A DNA stretch of 63,854 bases, filler included, from a bacterium (GTDB taxonomy: Bacteria > JAJRZV01): NCBI GenBank assembly GCA_024275095.1. It is 7 parts of 7 records of this genome, joined end to end, with 100 filler letters (N's around TTAATTAATTAA, not from the genome) between each part and the next. Parts side by side here need not be neighbours in the genome. Positions count along the whole stretch, not along the records: positions 21,015 to 34,608 come from JAJRZV010000057.1; 6 more parts are not named here. One strand, written 5' to 3'. A program made the position numbers and the translations under genes. The notes beneath the pieces are model-generated. The model had not been told where the DNA came from and made no database searches. It saw only the letters and a program-made list of their open reading frames with translations. Of the stretch, positions 21,322-33,104 are shown in pieces (positions within the stretch are counted from its first letter, which is position 1; the number at the start of each line of letters is the position of its first letter).

Positions 21322-23793
21322 ATGCATCAAACAAGCAATAAATTCACCTTTATATTGTTCATCTTTATTATATCTATTGCATTTGTCACCAGAATAAAAT
21401 ACATGTCACCCATACCCACTGGACACGATGAAATCTATTATGCAAAAATGGCGGAAAAGCCGGGCAATTTATTCGGCTACCGACTGCAATATGAGATAAA
21501 TAAAACAAAAATTAGACCAATATATCCTCCTGGATACCCGTTCTTTATCTATTTAGTATCAAAAATATCCCCTGATGAAAAGATTGCTCCCACTCTTACA
21601 TCTTGTATTTTTGGAGCACTATCCTGTGGTATTGTATTTTTAATTTTAAATTTAATTACAGGCACTTACTTTGCTGTGTTAGGAGCAATTTTAATCAGTT
21701 TCAATCCATTTTTTATAGATCTAAGTTGTAGAGCATACTCGGAAACAACAATGCTACTTTTTATTTCAACCTCTCTCCTTCTAACTTTATTGGCAATTCA
21801 CAAAAATAAATCTTTGTTTTTTCATGCATCTTTCATCATGGCAATCATCGCAGTCGGTATACACGCAGGAGAAGTGTTATATCTAATGTCGTTATTTATA
21901 TTCGGGTTATCTCACAAAAGATTAAGAAAGATTTTAATCATTTATGCCATGCTCTCTGCACCTTTTGTAATATTTTTCTTGTTTACCAAAACAAACTACT
22001 GGTGGCAGGGAGGGCTCAATCTAACAAATTTAACCAAAGCACTTTTACAGTTTATTGAGTCTGTAATAATCATACCCTCAAAAATATTTGCTAAAAACGG
22101 GATTCTTATGTATTCACAACATCCGGGAGTCGTAGCTTACCTGCTATTTCTCTTATCCGGCCAGGCAAAAATTGGAGAAACAGTAACCTTTCCCATGGCC
22201 TTTTTCCCATTAGTTTTACCAACAGCCGTTATCGGAGGATATGTATTCTGTATAAAAAACAAACAGAACTTAAATACATTATCACGTGAATTTATCAAGA
22301 TTATATTTACAATCTTTGTAGTATATCTGCTCGCGCGAGCTTCCCAATATTACAGAACAGCAAGATATATTTTTCCGGTGGTTGTATTCGGGTTGGCTGT
22401 AATTCCTGTATTGCTAAAAATGGCCAACGTAAAAAAACTATTATCCACAACTCTCATCTTTTACATAACACTTATACCTTTATACATATCTAAAGATTTT
22501 TTGTCTCTTCCAAAAGTTCACGCCCAACTTCTTATGAAAGAAATGGCAATTCTGGACAGAATTTTGGATAAGGACGTTCTTATAATAACATCTCGACCAC
22601 AGACAGTTGAAATGTACCTTAAGCGGAAGTATTTATATATAAACTGGTATAAAATATTTGAGAAGAAATATGATGAAAACTTAAAAAAATTTAAAAAGGT
22701 ATACTTGTTAGAAGATGCGAATGACATAAAAATTAAAGCAAAACAAAGGCTGTATTATCCACTCAAAAGTAAGTATAAAATTTTACCCCTTGAAAAGATA
22801 GGACAATTTAAACTCAGTATATTAGCAATCGACAAATCATCTATTGAATTCTCTATCGGAAAAACAAACGTAAAAGTTCCTTTAGCAATAAAGGTTGCAT
22901 CAGGAGGCTGGATTGCCGGCAACAGATGCGAAATTTCTGTCAATGCCAGTGATAATCTTGTCGTGGAGATAAAAAGAGGAATAAACCTGGTCGCAATTGA
23001 ACCTGACGGTAAAATTATATACAGGGGGAATTTCGATACCTGGATTGATAAAAAAGAAGGATTAAAATTTGCAGAATTTGTAAACAGCTTAACCGATGGG
23101 ATAGTAGTGGCCCTTTGTGTGGCCGATGAAGCATCAAAAAATTTGACAGAACGTGGACAAGAGGCATTATACAAACTCGGAGGACAGTTACCCTTAATAA
23201 AAGCTTTTAGATACAGTTACGCTCTTATAGGAATAAAAGGTGCTGAAAAGGGTACTGCACTTGAAGCAATGTCTTTGTTCAAACAGGTTGTTCTGAAAAA
23301 CTACCTGCCCCAGAAATTTGCACCGGAGAGAAAAACAATCACGCACGTGGAAGTCGCATCCGGCGGCTGGAAAGCGGGAAATTTCTGTTATATTACCATC
23401 AACTACGGCTTCAACCTCGCTTTTGGAAAGCGCGGCGTAAACATCGTTGCATTTGATACCAGGAACGGAAAAATATTTGCAAGGCGTGCTTTCGACACGT
23501 GGCTGGACAAAAAAGAAGGTCTTGCACTTGCAGATTTCGTCAACTCTCTCACAAAGGGCACAGGCGTGGCCATATGCGTTCAGGACGAAGCCTCGAGAAA
23601 CCTTACGGAAAAAGGTCAGGAAGCACTTTACTCACTCGGGGCAACGTTCCCTCTCATCAAATCGTTCCAGTACAGCTACGCACTCATTGGAATTAAGGGA
23701 GCAGGCAAGGGCACTGCATTTGAATGCTGGAGCAAATCACAGAAAGTTCTCCTCACAAGTGAAGGTGAATGCAAGCCCTTCAATCTCAAATAG
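21322..23793 (+). CDS. GT-C (GT39/PMT-like) membrane glycosyltransferase with two C-terminal ILEI/PANDER-like domains
   Basis: TM1 then DEIYY, YPPGYP, YSET, RYIFP; tandem repeats RG(I/V)N.VA..FDTW..ADEAS/QDEAS..YSYALIGIKG. Confidence 0.8.
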   Translation: MHQTSNKFTFILFIFIISIAFVTRIKYMSPIPTGHDEIYYAKMAEKPGNLFGYRLQYEINKTKIRPIYPPGYPFFIYLVSKISPDEKIAPTLTSCIFGALSCGIVFLILNLITGTYFAVLGAILISFNPFFIDLSCRAYSETTMLLFISTSLLLTLLAIHKNKSLFFHASFIMAIIAVGIHAGEVLYLMSLFIFGLSHKRLRKILIIYAMLSAPFVIFFLFTKTNYWWQGGLNLTNLTKALLQFIESVIIIPSKIFAKNGILMYSQHPGVVAYLLFLLSGQAKIGETVTFPMAFFPLVLPTAVIGGYVFCIKNKQNLNTLSREFIKIIFTIFVVYLLARASQYYRTARYIFPVVVFGLAVIPVLLKMANVKKLLSTTLIFYITLIPLYISKDFLSLPKVHAQLLMKEMAILDRILDKDVLIITSRPQTVEMYLKRKYLYINWYKIFEKKYDENLKKFKKVYLLEDANDIKIKAKQRLYYPLKSKYKILPLEKIGQFKLSILAIDKSSIEFSIGKTNVKVPLAIKVASGGWIAGNRCEISVNASDNLVVEIKRGINLVAIEPDGKIIYRGNFDTWIDKKEGLKFAEFVNSLTDGIVVALCVADEASKNLTERGQEALYKLGGQLPLIKAFRYSYALIGIKGAEKGTALEAMSLFKQVVLKNYLPQKFAPERKTITHVEVASGGWKAGNFCYITINYGFNLAFGKRGVNIVAFDTRNGKIFARRAFDTWLDKKEGLALADFVNSLTKGTGVAICVQDEASRNLTEKGQEALYSLGATFPLIKSFQYSYALIGIKGAGKGTAFECWSKSQKVLLTSEGECKPFNLK

Positions 23794-26700
23794 CAGCCGT
23801 TCCGTTTCGATACTTATGGGGTTTCCATTCAATATTCCACTTTCTTTCATAGCGCCTTTTGTTCTCTTCAAAAATCCGGTTGTATTCTTCATCACTTAGC
23901 TTTTTAAAAGTCGCTCCACCAAAGTGATGAATAAATACATCTTCTGCGCATATCAGCCTGTATCCAGCTTTCTTGACACGGAGGCAAAAATCATCATCCT
24001 CGAAAAAACCAATGGAAAACTGTTCATCGAGACATCCCACCTTTTCGATAACGTGTTTTTTTACAGCAACGCAGTAAAAGGCAAGAACGTCAATGGGAAA
24101 CCACTTGCCCTTATTTGCTTTTGTGTACCTCTCGGCGAACTCTTCCATCTCACTAAGGTTTGTATAATCCACGTCAATTTTTGCCTCATTGCCAATGCTG
24201 TTTGTTACAGGGCCGACCATACCGAGATCCTCAACGAGATCAAAATACCTGATCAGGCCTCCCAGCCATCCTTTCGTTACTACGGTATCATTATTGAGAA
24301 ACACGATGAAGTCACCTGTAGATGCCTTGATACCCTGATTATTTGCGCCGGCGAATCCTTTATTCTCATTGTTGAATATAACTTTTACATTGCCGTTTTG
24401 CTTTGAAAGTTCATACAGATATTCACGCGTCCCGTCGTGCGATGCGTTATCAACAACGATAACTTCAAAATTCGGATATGCGGTCTTCTCGAAAAGACTG
24501 TTAAGGCAAAGTCTCGTGTAATTCAAGTTATTATGAGTGACCACAATGATACTTACCTTGGGGTACATCTGCCTTATCTTTTCCTGCAGGCGACTGAAGC
24601 GCTTGTCCCAGTTGTTTCTGTAAGCAGTGGTGATTCTTTCTTTCCTGAAACGACGAGGATCTTCAGAAATCGCTTTCTTAACATTCTGTAGAAACTCCTC
24701 GTGGGTTTCAGAAACGTACGCAATACGCCTTAACGTCCTGAGCTCCGGTAAAGCTGTTGTTACAACAGGTTTCCCAGCACTTATGTACTCATAAAACTTG
24801 ACGGGATCGGTAGACTCTATCAGCTTGGTTACCTTAAACGGGATTAAACACACATCAAACCAGTAGAGGTATCGAGGCAACTCTGAATAAGGCTTTTCAC
24901 CGAGCAAATAAACATTTTTATACTTTTTGAGTTTTTCAACGTCTGAGCCAAAAGTGTGTCCTATCAATACAAAGCTGGCCTCTTTATGAGCCTTAACAAC
25001 TTTCTCAAGCAACTCGGTATCAAACCATTCCGATATTGCTCCGTAGTATCCGATTATGGGTTTTTTGAAATCTTTGAGTAGCTCATTCTGGGGAGGATTA
25101 AAAAAATGATGAAAATCTACTCCATTCTTAACAAGATATGTTTCTTTTTTATGCTCTTTGATTTTGTAGAAAAGTTTCAATGATGAAGTAATACACATAT
25201 CTGACAACTCAACGAGTAATTTTTCATCATTCAGTACAATCTCACCAAGATCCTTGAATTCGCTGAACTCATCGAGACAATCGTAAACCAACTTAAAATG
25301 TCTTCTACTCCTTTTGAGTTCTTCAGCGAATCTTCTCCAGTTTGGAAGTTGTACAATCATTACACATTCTTTCACGCCACAATCATCCACAAGCTTTTCA
25401 AGTGCAAGCATCATCTTTGAGTGGTCATTTTCATCAGCTGTAGAGTAAATATCGTATATAAGAAAATCCTTCTCAGCAGGTAGTTTCACCTCGTAAACAT
25501 TATCAGCAACTTTCCTTATCTGATAATCTCCCCCTTTCTTCACATTTACGCTGAGGTAGAAAACCCTGTGGCCATTACGTGCAAACCGGGTGGCAAAATG
25601 CTGTGGCCTCTGAAACCTGAAATCCCAATCTATAATCGAAAAAAAGATTACATCATACTTGTACACTCCCCTCCGGCTTTCACGTACGGCTTCCTCTACC
25701 GGAATAGGATTCTGATGTACACTTCTTTTTCTTGGATACTTTACGCGCGACCATATGCGTGTAACAACACCTCTCAGCCCCTCATCGCGCCAGACCCTGA
25801 AAACCCGATGCACAAAAGAAAGTACGACACTTCGGGTGGCCATCCTCCAGTACCACGTCGCCACTTTCCACCAGGTAGTTGCTTTGATATTTTCAAGCTC
25901 TTGAAGTAAAGATTTTGTGTACGACTCCAGGCTCTCCACTCTCTGAGCAAGCACGTTGTTTCTTTCCTGGAGCAAATTAATCTGTCCCTGAAGCCGGGCG
26001 TTTTTACTGATTTCCTGATGCAATAGTTTTTCCTCATGATCCAGCTTTCGTTCAACCCTCTCTCTGACTTCTCTCTCTTGTTCAATCTGCTTTTCGAGAA
26101 CCTGTTTCTCAGCCAGGAGTCTTTCGCGCTCTGACCTGAGTGCCCTGGTCTCTTTGTCCAGTGAATCCGTAAGATAGGACAAACGAACTTTCTCAAGGCT
26201 CACCCATTGCATGTGTGCATATACACATAAAAACTGCTTCCCTCCCCAAAAACGCTCCTCCATTTTTGCACAATCGATTTCCCTGAAAAAGACGAGATAA
26301 AAATCACCCACCCTTAGAGGAAAGTTGTTGTAGTCAAAAGTGAAAAAGTGCTCAAAATCCCGTTCTGTCTCCCTGAAAGGAGCAAGAATCACCACGTACT
26401 TCCTGGCTTTGTCCATCATTTTTTTCAGAAACTGAAAGGGGCGGTCAAAATGCTCTATCGTGTTCGAGCAATAGATGACATCAAACTTTTCTTCAATAGC
26501 GTCTATGTCGCTTGTCACAAATTCTCTTAAGGGATAATATTGTCTTGCTTTTTTGATCGCCTCTTCTTAAATATCCACCCCGACAATTTTTGAATCTGGA
26601 AAACGACGGGCCAGCATTTCAACAGCATCTCCTTCTGCGCAGCCCAGGTCCATAATACTGAGATGGTTTCCTTCAATATCGCTGATAATCCATTCAGGAA

Positions 26701-26818
26701 GATGTTCAAGCGTAATTTGGCAGAAAAATCTGGTCTGCTCCCTGCCCCCTTTTTTCTCCCAATCGGTACGGAATCGAATATCCCAGTAAAGACGACTGTT
26801 GATGTCCACATCCTTCAT
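23786..26818 (-). CDS. SAM methyltransferase-coiled coil-GT-B-GT2 multidomain glycosyltransferase; in-frame TAA at 26567-26569
   Basis: MDLGCAEG..GVDI*EEAIKKAR..FDVIYCSNTIEH in one frame; FQRPQH, VYDCLD, PVKFYEY; GT2 SIIVVTHN..VVDNAS..FLNND..EDDD. Confidence 0.88.
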
Positions 26819-26906
26819 GATGCCAGGTCATTATACTGAATCACAAATAATCTGGTAAAGGAACGCTCTCTCGAAGTGAACTCTGCAGGCAATAAAAAAG
26901 CTGATT

Positions 26907-28502
26907 TCAGCGTTTTGCCTGAAATTCCTTTTCCGAAAACACCGTGGCAGTGAACCGGTAAAGTTTTACACCTGGTTTTTTCCACGTATCCGGCGGAAGT
27001 CCTGCTTTTCGGCATATTTGACGCAGGTATTCTTGTAAATTCCAGCCCCATTCAACAGGCACCTGGGGCAGAAGCACGCCCCGGCGGCGGCCGTACTCAA
27101 TAATCAAACCGTCACGACCAATCTTTATCTCCTTGAGGGGATTCTTCACAGGTACTGGAGGAGAGAGCACAGAAATCTCTATTTCAATATCCTCTAACTC
27201 ATCCACACGCACTGGGTAAAACCGCGGGTCCTTCGAACAGGAATTAACCGTCATGTGTTGAACAGCGAGGTAAAGGGGTTCTACCGCAGAGAGGCCTCCA
27301 ATACATCCCCTGAGAATCCCTCTCTTTTTCAACGTCACAAAAACGGCTCCCTTCTTCTTCAAAATTTCTCTTTGAGGTTTTACCTCCGGAATGCGTCTCT
27401 CTTTCACATAAGTTTCCAGGGTAAGGCGGGCAATTCGGAGTAACTTCTTTTTATCTTCACGCGTAAGATCATCACCTTTCACCCATTCACCCTTCTCCTT
27501 TTGAGTAACGGTTTCCTTCCTCTCTACACGGGTCCAATCATAAGAAAGCTTTATCCGCCCTGATTTAAGAAATGCCACCGAACCGTAACCTACCACACGC
27601 TCCATACCCCCTGCTGTGTCACCAGAGTTCTTGTATTCCAGCACCACCGGTTTCAGATCCAATTTCGATGCTATTATAAGAGCGGTAAGTACAGGGGACA
27701 CCCCGCACATTTCGTAAGTGCGTTCGCGAACCTTTTTGTAGATACTTCTCCAGTCTTCTGTTGTAAGCGCCTTGAGAAGCGCAATATCCATCTCTCTGGC
27801 CACTTCATACGGGTGATAGTGGGAGAGGTCAGAAGATGCAACGAATACATAACGACCGTTACCTTTCTTCAATATTTGCGCAAGAACCTCCGCCGCCCCT
27901 TCAATTACATCTGTACGAAATCCTCCAAACACGAGAGGCAGCACCTTCGCTTCTGGAAGAAACTTTTGAACAAAAGGGATCTCAACTTCCGCGGCATGTT
28001 CCCTCTCGAAAGCTCTTATTTCCTGCATAAAAGGTAAATGTTTCAGCAACTGCCGGCCCAGCTTTTTATCTATGGGCACTTCCCCGAGAGGGGTTCTGTA
28101 CGCGTCTTTCATCAGCACAGATACGCCGTTGAAAGGGTATCTGTGAGACGGTGCCATGATGATCACAGTGAGGGGATTGGTCTGCTTCAACACAAAAAAT
28201 GAATGGGCCGCCACCTGGCCTGAGTAGATATAACCTGCATGGGGAGCAATCACTCCCAGCACCTCACCTTCTACCGAAACACCTGTAACGTTTTTCATAA
28301 ATTCATTCAGCATTTCATCGAGTTCCGCAGGACCAGCAGGGTAAAAAGCCCCGGCGACCACAGGATTGAAAACTTCTTTTGGTTTGGATTTACTGCACTG
28401 GGTAAAGAACAGAGCACTTACGAAAGCGACACAAAATCCTGCGACCCGAACCAGAACCCCTCTTTTTTTAATCAAGAATTTCAAGGGTGTATTTCTTGTC
28501 AT
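26907..28502 (-). CDS. AmmeMemoRadiSam protein B (Memo) + protein A (AMMECR1) fusion; true start may be slightly downstream
   Basis: VAGAFYP, PHAGYIYSG, EHAAEV, SSDLSHY, CG, NSGD, VVGY; then FVTL..LRGCIG, DPRF, EISVLS, LLPQV. Confidence 0.93.
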   Translation of the reverse strand: MTRNTPLKFLIKKRGVLVRVAGFCVAFVSALFFTQCSKSKPKEVFNPVVAGAFYPAGPAELDEMLNEFMKNVTGVSVEGEVLGVIAPHAGYIYSGQVAAHSFFVLKQTNPLTVIIMAPSHRYPFNGVSVLMKDAYRTPLGEVPIDKKLGRQLLKHLPFMQEIRAFEREHAAEVEIPFVQKFLPEAKVLPLVFGGFRTDVIEGAAEVLAQILKKGNGRYVFVASSDLSHYHPYEVAREMDIALLKALTTEDWRSIYKKVRERTYEMCGVSPVLTALIIASKLDLKPVVLEYKNSGDTAGGMERVVGYGSVAFLKSGRIKLSYDWTRVERKETVTQKEKGEWVKGDDLTREDKKKLLRIARLTLETYVKERRIPEVKPQREILKKKGAVFVTLKKRGILRGCIGGLSAVEPLYLAVQHMTVNSCSKDPRFYPVRVDELEDIEIEISVLSPPVPVKNPLKEIKIGRDGLIIEYGRRRGVLLPQVPVEWGWNLQEYLRQICRKAGLPPDTWKKPGVKLYRFTATVFSEKEFQAKR

Positions 28503-28704
28503 GTTTTTTTGACAGCGTTCTCAAAATCGTTCTTAATGCCTGTGCGTTATTGCCCTTTTTTCCGATGATCTTTCCAAGGTCTTCAGGGGCAGCCTTTACC
28601 TCAATGACGCACATGCGCTCACCATCCACTTCTCTTACCGTCACCTGGTCAGGTCTTGAAACAAGATGCTTGATCACCATTTCCACAAGTTCACCTGCTT
28701 TCAT
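28468..28704 (-). CDS. khpA: KH-domain RNA-binding protein (KhpA/YlqC family)
   Basis: 78 aa; DLGKIIGKKG, ALRTIL. Confidence 0.88.
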   Translation of the reverse strand: MKAGELVEMVIKHLVSRPDQVTVREVDGERMCVIEVKAAPEDLGKIIGKKGNNAQALRTILRTLSKKHDKKYTLEILD

Positions 28705-28812
28705 CCTTCCCCTCCAGCCGTAAAAAGTTCACAGGTAAAATATTAAACGAAATCGTATTTGTACTCAAGATTTGGAAAGGTATAACAAAACTTTTACAAG
28801 AAGGCAGGAAAC

Positions 28813-29250
28813 TCAAAAAGGAACGTCGTCTTCCTCGTCGAATCCATCTTCTGGAATATCGCTTACAAACGGGGGGGCTTCCTCCGGCTCAGGCAATTCG
28901 TCGGAAGCACCGTTACCGTTTCTCGATCCGAGCATCTGCATGTTGCGAGCGACCACCTCGGTAATCCACCGGGTGTTCCCGTCACGCCCTACAAAACTTC
29001 GAGTGACCAGCTCACCCTCGATATATACCTGTTTGCCTTTTGTGAGATATTGCCCGCAAATCTCACCAAGCTTGCTCCAGGCCACAATCCGGTGCCACAT
29101 AGTAATACGCTCTTTCTCGCCATTTTTGTTGACAATAACTTTATTCGTAGCCAAGGGAAACGTAACCACTACCGTACCGTTAGAGGTATAGCGCACTTCC
29201 GGATCTCTCCCCAGGTTTCCTACCAGGATCACCTTGTTTACCGAGGCCAT
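28813..29250 (-). CDS. ssb: Single-stranded DNA-binding protein
   Basis: VNKVILVGNLGRDPE, WHRIV, KGKQVYIEG, C-terminal DDVPF; ATG 29250 behind GGAGGG. Confidence 0.97.
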   Translation of the reverse strand: MASVNKVILVGNLGRDPEVRYTSNGTVVVTFPLATNKVIVNKNGEKERITMWHRIVAWSKLGEICGQYLTKGKQVYIEGELVTRSFVGRDGNTRWITEVVARNMQMLGSRNGNGASDELPEPEEAPPFVSDIPEDGFDEEDDVPF

Positions 29251-29282
29251 GTCACCCTCCATTGCCATATATTGTAACTTAC

Positions 29283-29311
29283 ATCTTAAGCAGCACCGGG
29301 CAGGTTGTCAA
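29283..29311 (-). promoter_or_regulatory. Sigma70 promoter of ssb
   Basis: TTGACA-17 nt-TAAGAT. Confidence 0.7.
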
Positions 29312-29328
29312 GGGTGTTGTTCACACTC

Positions 29329-30429
29329 TCATGAGATGTATCGACGGACCAGATCCCACAATTTTTCCACGAATGTATGCAAAGGCGTTGAGTGCCGGCC
29401 TTCGGTTTTTCGAAATTCCTCCAACAGTTCCCGTTGTTTCTGGGACAACCGTCGAGGTATTTCCACTTTCACCTTCACGTAGAGGTCTCCTCTGCGTCTT
29501 GTTCTGAGAGAGGGCATGCCCTTTCCCCGAACACGTAGAATATCGCCAGGCTGAGTACCTGATGGAATCCGTAAAAACACTTCACTCCCATCAACAGTGG
29601 GAATCTCCACCTCTGCGCCAAGCACAGCATCCGTGAAACTGATGGGCAATTCAATAAACAGATCATCTCCCTCTCGGCGAAACACGGGATGTTCTTCTAT
29701 TTCAATTTCTATATACAGATCACCTGCGGGAGCACCACCCTTTCCAGGTGCACCCATGCCTTGATAACGCAATCTCAGGCCGGAATAAGCACCCTGAGGA
29801 ACTTCCACCGTGAGCGTACGCTGCTCATCCACGACTCCTGAACCTCTACAACGACGACACGGGATATCCACAATGCGTCCCGTACCACTACAGCGTGCAC
29901 ACGTTCTGGAAAATGAAAAAAATCCCTGTGAAAATACAACAACACCCCGCCCGCCGCACTCAGGACACGAAATCAGTTGGGATCCTTCCGCCATCCCGGT
30001 ACCACCACAGGTACTGCACGATGTAGGGGCCGTAAATGAAATATCCTTTTTCACACCACGCGCTGCTTCCACAAGAGTAATTCTCAAACGATAGAGCAAG
30101 TCTGCACCTTTTTCCCTCCACCTGCGTCGGGTACCTCTACCGCGACGGGTAAATATGCTGGTGAAATCTTCAAAAAGCTGGTCGAAAAAGTCCTCCAGAG
30201 AGCCAAAACCCTCAACCCCACCATCAAGCATCCTGTCATATTCGGAACGCTTGCGCGGGTCTCCCAGTATCTGGTACGCCTCGTTAATTTCTTTAAACCG
30301 CTCTTCAGCTTCACTGTCTCCAGGATTTCTGTCGGGATGATATTTAAAAGCGAGTTCGCGATAGGCTTTCTTTATTTCCTCCTGCGAAGCATCTCGGGAC
30401 ACACCGAGAATGCGGTAATAATCTTTCAT
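29329..30429 (-). CDS. dnaJ: Chaperone DnaJ
   Basis: J domain with HPD, four CxxCxGxG motifs, GDLYV. Confidence 0.97.
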   Translation of the reverse strand: MKDYYRILGVSRDASQEEIKKAYRELAFKYHPDRNPGDSEAEERFKEINEAYQILGDPRKRSEYDRMLDGGVEGFGSLEDFFDQLFEDFTSIFTRRGRGTRRRWREKGADLLYRLRITLVEAARGVKKDISFTAPTSCSTCGGTGMAEGSQLISCPECGGRGVVVFSQGFFSFSRTCARCSGTGRIVDIPCRRCRGSGVVDEQRTLTVEVPQGAYSGLRLRYQGMGAPGKGGAPAGDLYIEIEIEEHPVFRREGDDLFIELPISFTDAVLGAEVEIPTVDGSEVFLRIPSGTQPGDILRVRGKGMPSLRTRRRGDLYVKVKVEIPRRLSQKQRELLEEFRKTEGRHSTPLHTFVEKLWDLVRRYIS

Positions 30430-30540
30430 GAAAATCTCCTGCTATAAGATTCTCTGTACCGGGCGCACATTATAAAACACTACCTGGAATACAATTTATA
30501 GCCAACAAATGTTTATTGACCACTTTGACGACGAATCACG

Positions 30541-32364
30541 TCAGGAAGAAAAATCCTCCCGTGAACTTTCGTAAATAGCTTCAGCAATCTTATGAGCCCA
30601 CTCGCTCAGCTCATCCTTTTTATTACGAATTTCTGAAATATCATCACTCTCCAGCGCCTTTTTTAGAGCTTCGAGACGAACCTTAATTTCTTCGCGTGTA
30701 TTGTCATCGATTACATCTCCGTATTCCTGAAGTGAGCGCTCGGTCGAATACACGAGGCTATCTGCTTCATTCTTCAACTCAATAAGCTCTTTACGACGTA
30801 TATCTTCCTGACGCAACTTCTCCGCCTCTTCCACAATCTTCTTGAGTTCTGCTTCTGAGAGACCAGACGAGGGTTTCACCTTTACAGATTTTTCCTTGCC
30901 GGTCCCCAGGTCACGTGCCGAGACATTGAGGATTCCATCAGCATCAATTTGAAAGGTGATTTCGATTTGTGGAACACCTCGAGGGGCAGGCGGAATACCA
31001 TCAAGCCTGAACCGTGCAAGAGAGCGATTTTCAGATGCAATTTCTCGTTCTCCCTGGAGCACGTGTATCTCCACGAATTCCTGATTGTCCTCCACAGTAG
31101 AGAAAATCCGACTCTTACGACACGGAATGGTGGTGTTCCGTTCAATAATGCGGGTAAACAGGCCACCCTGCGTCTCAACACCCAGAGAAAGAGGGGTAAC
31201 GTCGAGAAGCAAAACCTCTTCCATCTCTCCTTTAAGAATAGACGCCTGGATCGCTGCACCAACAGCCACGACCTCATCCGGATTAACGCCTTTGAGAGGG
31301 GGTTTGCCGAAAATTTCTTCCACCTTCTTTTGAACCGCCGGCATGCGAGTCATACCGCCGACAAGAATGACGGATTTAACCTCCTCCGGTTTAAGGCCCG
31401 CATCTTCCATGGCCCGCGCGCACGGCTCTTCCAGTCGTTCAATGAGGTCACGCGTGAGTTCTTCAAGCATTGCGCGAGTGACACGACGAACAAGGTGTTT
31501 CGGGCCCTTATCGTCAACAGCAATAAAGGGAAGATTCACCTCTGTTTCTTTCACTGACGAAAGTTCAATTTTCGCCTTTTCGGCGGCTTCCTTTACCCTC
31601 TGAAGGGCGAATTTGTCCTCACTGAGGTCAATGCCTGTTTCCTTCTTAAATTCCTCAATGAGATAATCCGCCAGTTTGTTGTCAAAATCTTCTCCTCCGA
31701 GAAATGTGTCACCGCATGTGGAGCGAACCTGAAATACTCCCTCAGACAGCTCGAGTATGGACACATCAAACGTGCCACCGCCCAGGTCAAACACAGCTAT
31801 AACACCTTCTTCAGATTTGTCTTTACCGTACGCAAGAGCTGCTGCAGTGGGCTCGTTAATAATTCTCAGCACCTCAAGCCCCGCAATTTTTCCAGCGGCC
31901 TTGGTGGCCTGGCGCTGAGCATCGTTGAAATAGGCTGGTACTGTAATTACTGCTTCTGTAACCTCTTCCCCCAAATACTCTTCTGCCATTTCTTTAAGGC
32001 GACGCAGGATAATAGCAGATATCTCCTGGGGAGACGTCTTCTTATCGCCGAAAAGCACCCAGGCATCCCCGTTGTCTGCTTCTACAATTTGATAGGGACA
32101 TGATTTGCGCCACCGTTGAACCACATCATCATCAAATTTTCTACCCATGAGGCGTTTGACAGCGAAAATGGTATTGAGTGGATTAACCACCGCCTGTCGC
32201 TTGGCAAGTCCTCCTACCAGCAATTCTCCCTTCTGAGATAAGGCGACCATCGAGGGAGTCGTTCGCGAGCCTTCCTGATTGGGAATCACCGAGGGATTCC
32301 CCTTTTCAACAAATGCCATGCAGGAGTTGGTTGTGCCGAGATCTATCCCTATTGCTTTACCCAT
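30541..32364 (-). CDS. dnaK: Chaperone DnaK
   Basis: [49 protein letters not shown] overlap with grpE. Confidence 0.98.
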   Translation of the reverse strand: MGKAIGIDLGTTNSCMAFVEKGNPSVIPNQEGSRTTPSMVALSQKGELLVGGLAKRQAVVNPLNTIFAVKRLMGRKFDDDVVQRWRKSCPYQIVEADNGDAWVLFGDKKTSPQEISAIILRRLKEMAEEYLGEEVTEAVITVPAYFNDAQRQATKAAGKIAGLEVLRIINEPTAAALAYGKDKSEEGVIAVFDLGGGTFDVSILELSEGVFQVRSTCGDTFLGGEDFDNKLADYLIEEFKKETGIDLSEDKFALQRVKEAAEKAKIELSSVKETEVNLPFIAVDDKGPKHLVRRVTRAMLEELTRDLIERLEEPCARAMEDAGLKPEEVKSVILVGGMTRMPAVQKKVEEIFGKPPLKGVNPDEVVAVGAAIQASILKGEMEEVLLLDVTPLSLGVETQGGLFTRIIERNTTIPCRKSRIFSTVEDNQEFVEIHVLQGEREIASENRSLARFRLDGIPPAPRGVPQIEITFQIDADGILNVSARDLGTGKEKSVKVKPSSGLSEAELKKIVEEAEKLRQEDIRRKELIELKNEADSLVYSTERSLQEYGDVIDDNTREEIKVRLEALKKALESDDISEIRNKKDELSEWAHKIAEAIYESSREDFSS

Positions 32365-33104
32365 CACTCGCTCCCTTCATCAATAATGTTCACTGGAATT
32401 TCTTCTTCTGGTCCGCATGAGGGCTCCCGGTCTTTTTCCGCTTCTTTCGAACCCTCTTTTTCGTCCGAAACCTCAGGAGCCACCGCAACAGCCACCAAAG
32501 AGGGCCTTACCACCCTGTCCTTGAGTGTATAGCCACGCTGGTATTCTTCAATGACCGTACCAGCCGGGTATTCTGTGGTGTGAACTCTGGATACTGCCTC
32601 GTGATAGTAGGGATCAAAAACCTTCCCTTTTGCTTCGATAGGCTTTACTCCGTATTTCTCCAGTACGGTGAGAATATTACGATGAATGAGCTTCACGCCT
32701 TCCAGCAGGCCCGAGGAGGCCGCGTCGGGACTTTTCTCTGCGGCTTCCACGCCTTTTTCGAGGGCATCCAGCACGGGCAGAAAATCCTTCAGGAAGCCCT
32801 CAAGCGCATACTCAAAATATTTTTCTTTTTCCTTTTCTGTACGTTTGCGAAAGTTATCGAACTCAGCGACAGCCCTGAGCCATCTGTCGTGATATTCCTT
32901 AACCATTTCTTCGTACTTGCGAAGCTGCGCATCTACGTGCCCTTCCTCAGACTCTCCGGCAGGTGCGGAAACTTCAGGAACATCATCTTCCGGAGGAGAC
33001 TCTACATCACCTTCCGGCGAGGGAACTTCCTGCAATTCACCCTCTTTGTGTTCATCACTGTCTGCACAAACATCTTTCTCTTTTCTCTCTCTTTCATCTT
33101 CCAT
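32364..33104 (-). CDS. grpE: Nucleotide exchange factor GrpE
   Basis: [40 protein letters not shown] 33104 behind GGAGGG. Confidence 0.96.
   Translation of the reverse strand: MEDERERKEKDVCADSDEHKEGELQEVPSPEGDVESPPEDDVPEVSAPAGESEEGHVDAQLRKYEEMVKEYHDRWLRAVAEFDNFRKRTEKEKEKYFEYALEGFLKDFLPVLDALEKGVEAAEKSPDAASSGLLEGVKLIHRNILTVLEKYGVKPIEAKGKVFDPYYHEAVSRVHTTEYPAGTVIEEYQRGYTLKDRVVRPSLVAVAVAPEVSDEKEGSKEAEKDREPSCGPEEEIPVNIIDEGSE

Noticed and set aside
21015-21334. Short AT-rich ORFs upstream of the GT-C gene
   Set aside because: Low-complexity sequence at a contig edge; no frame can be supported.
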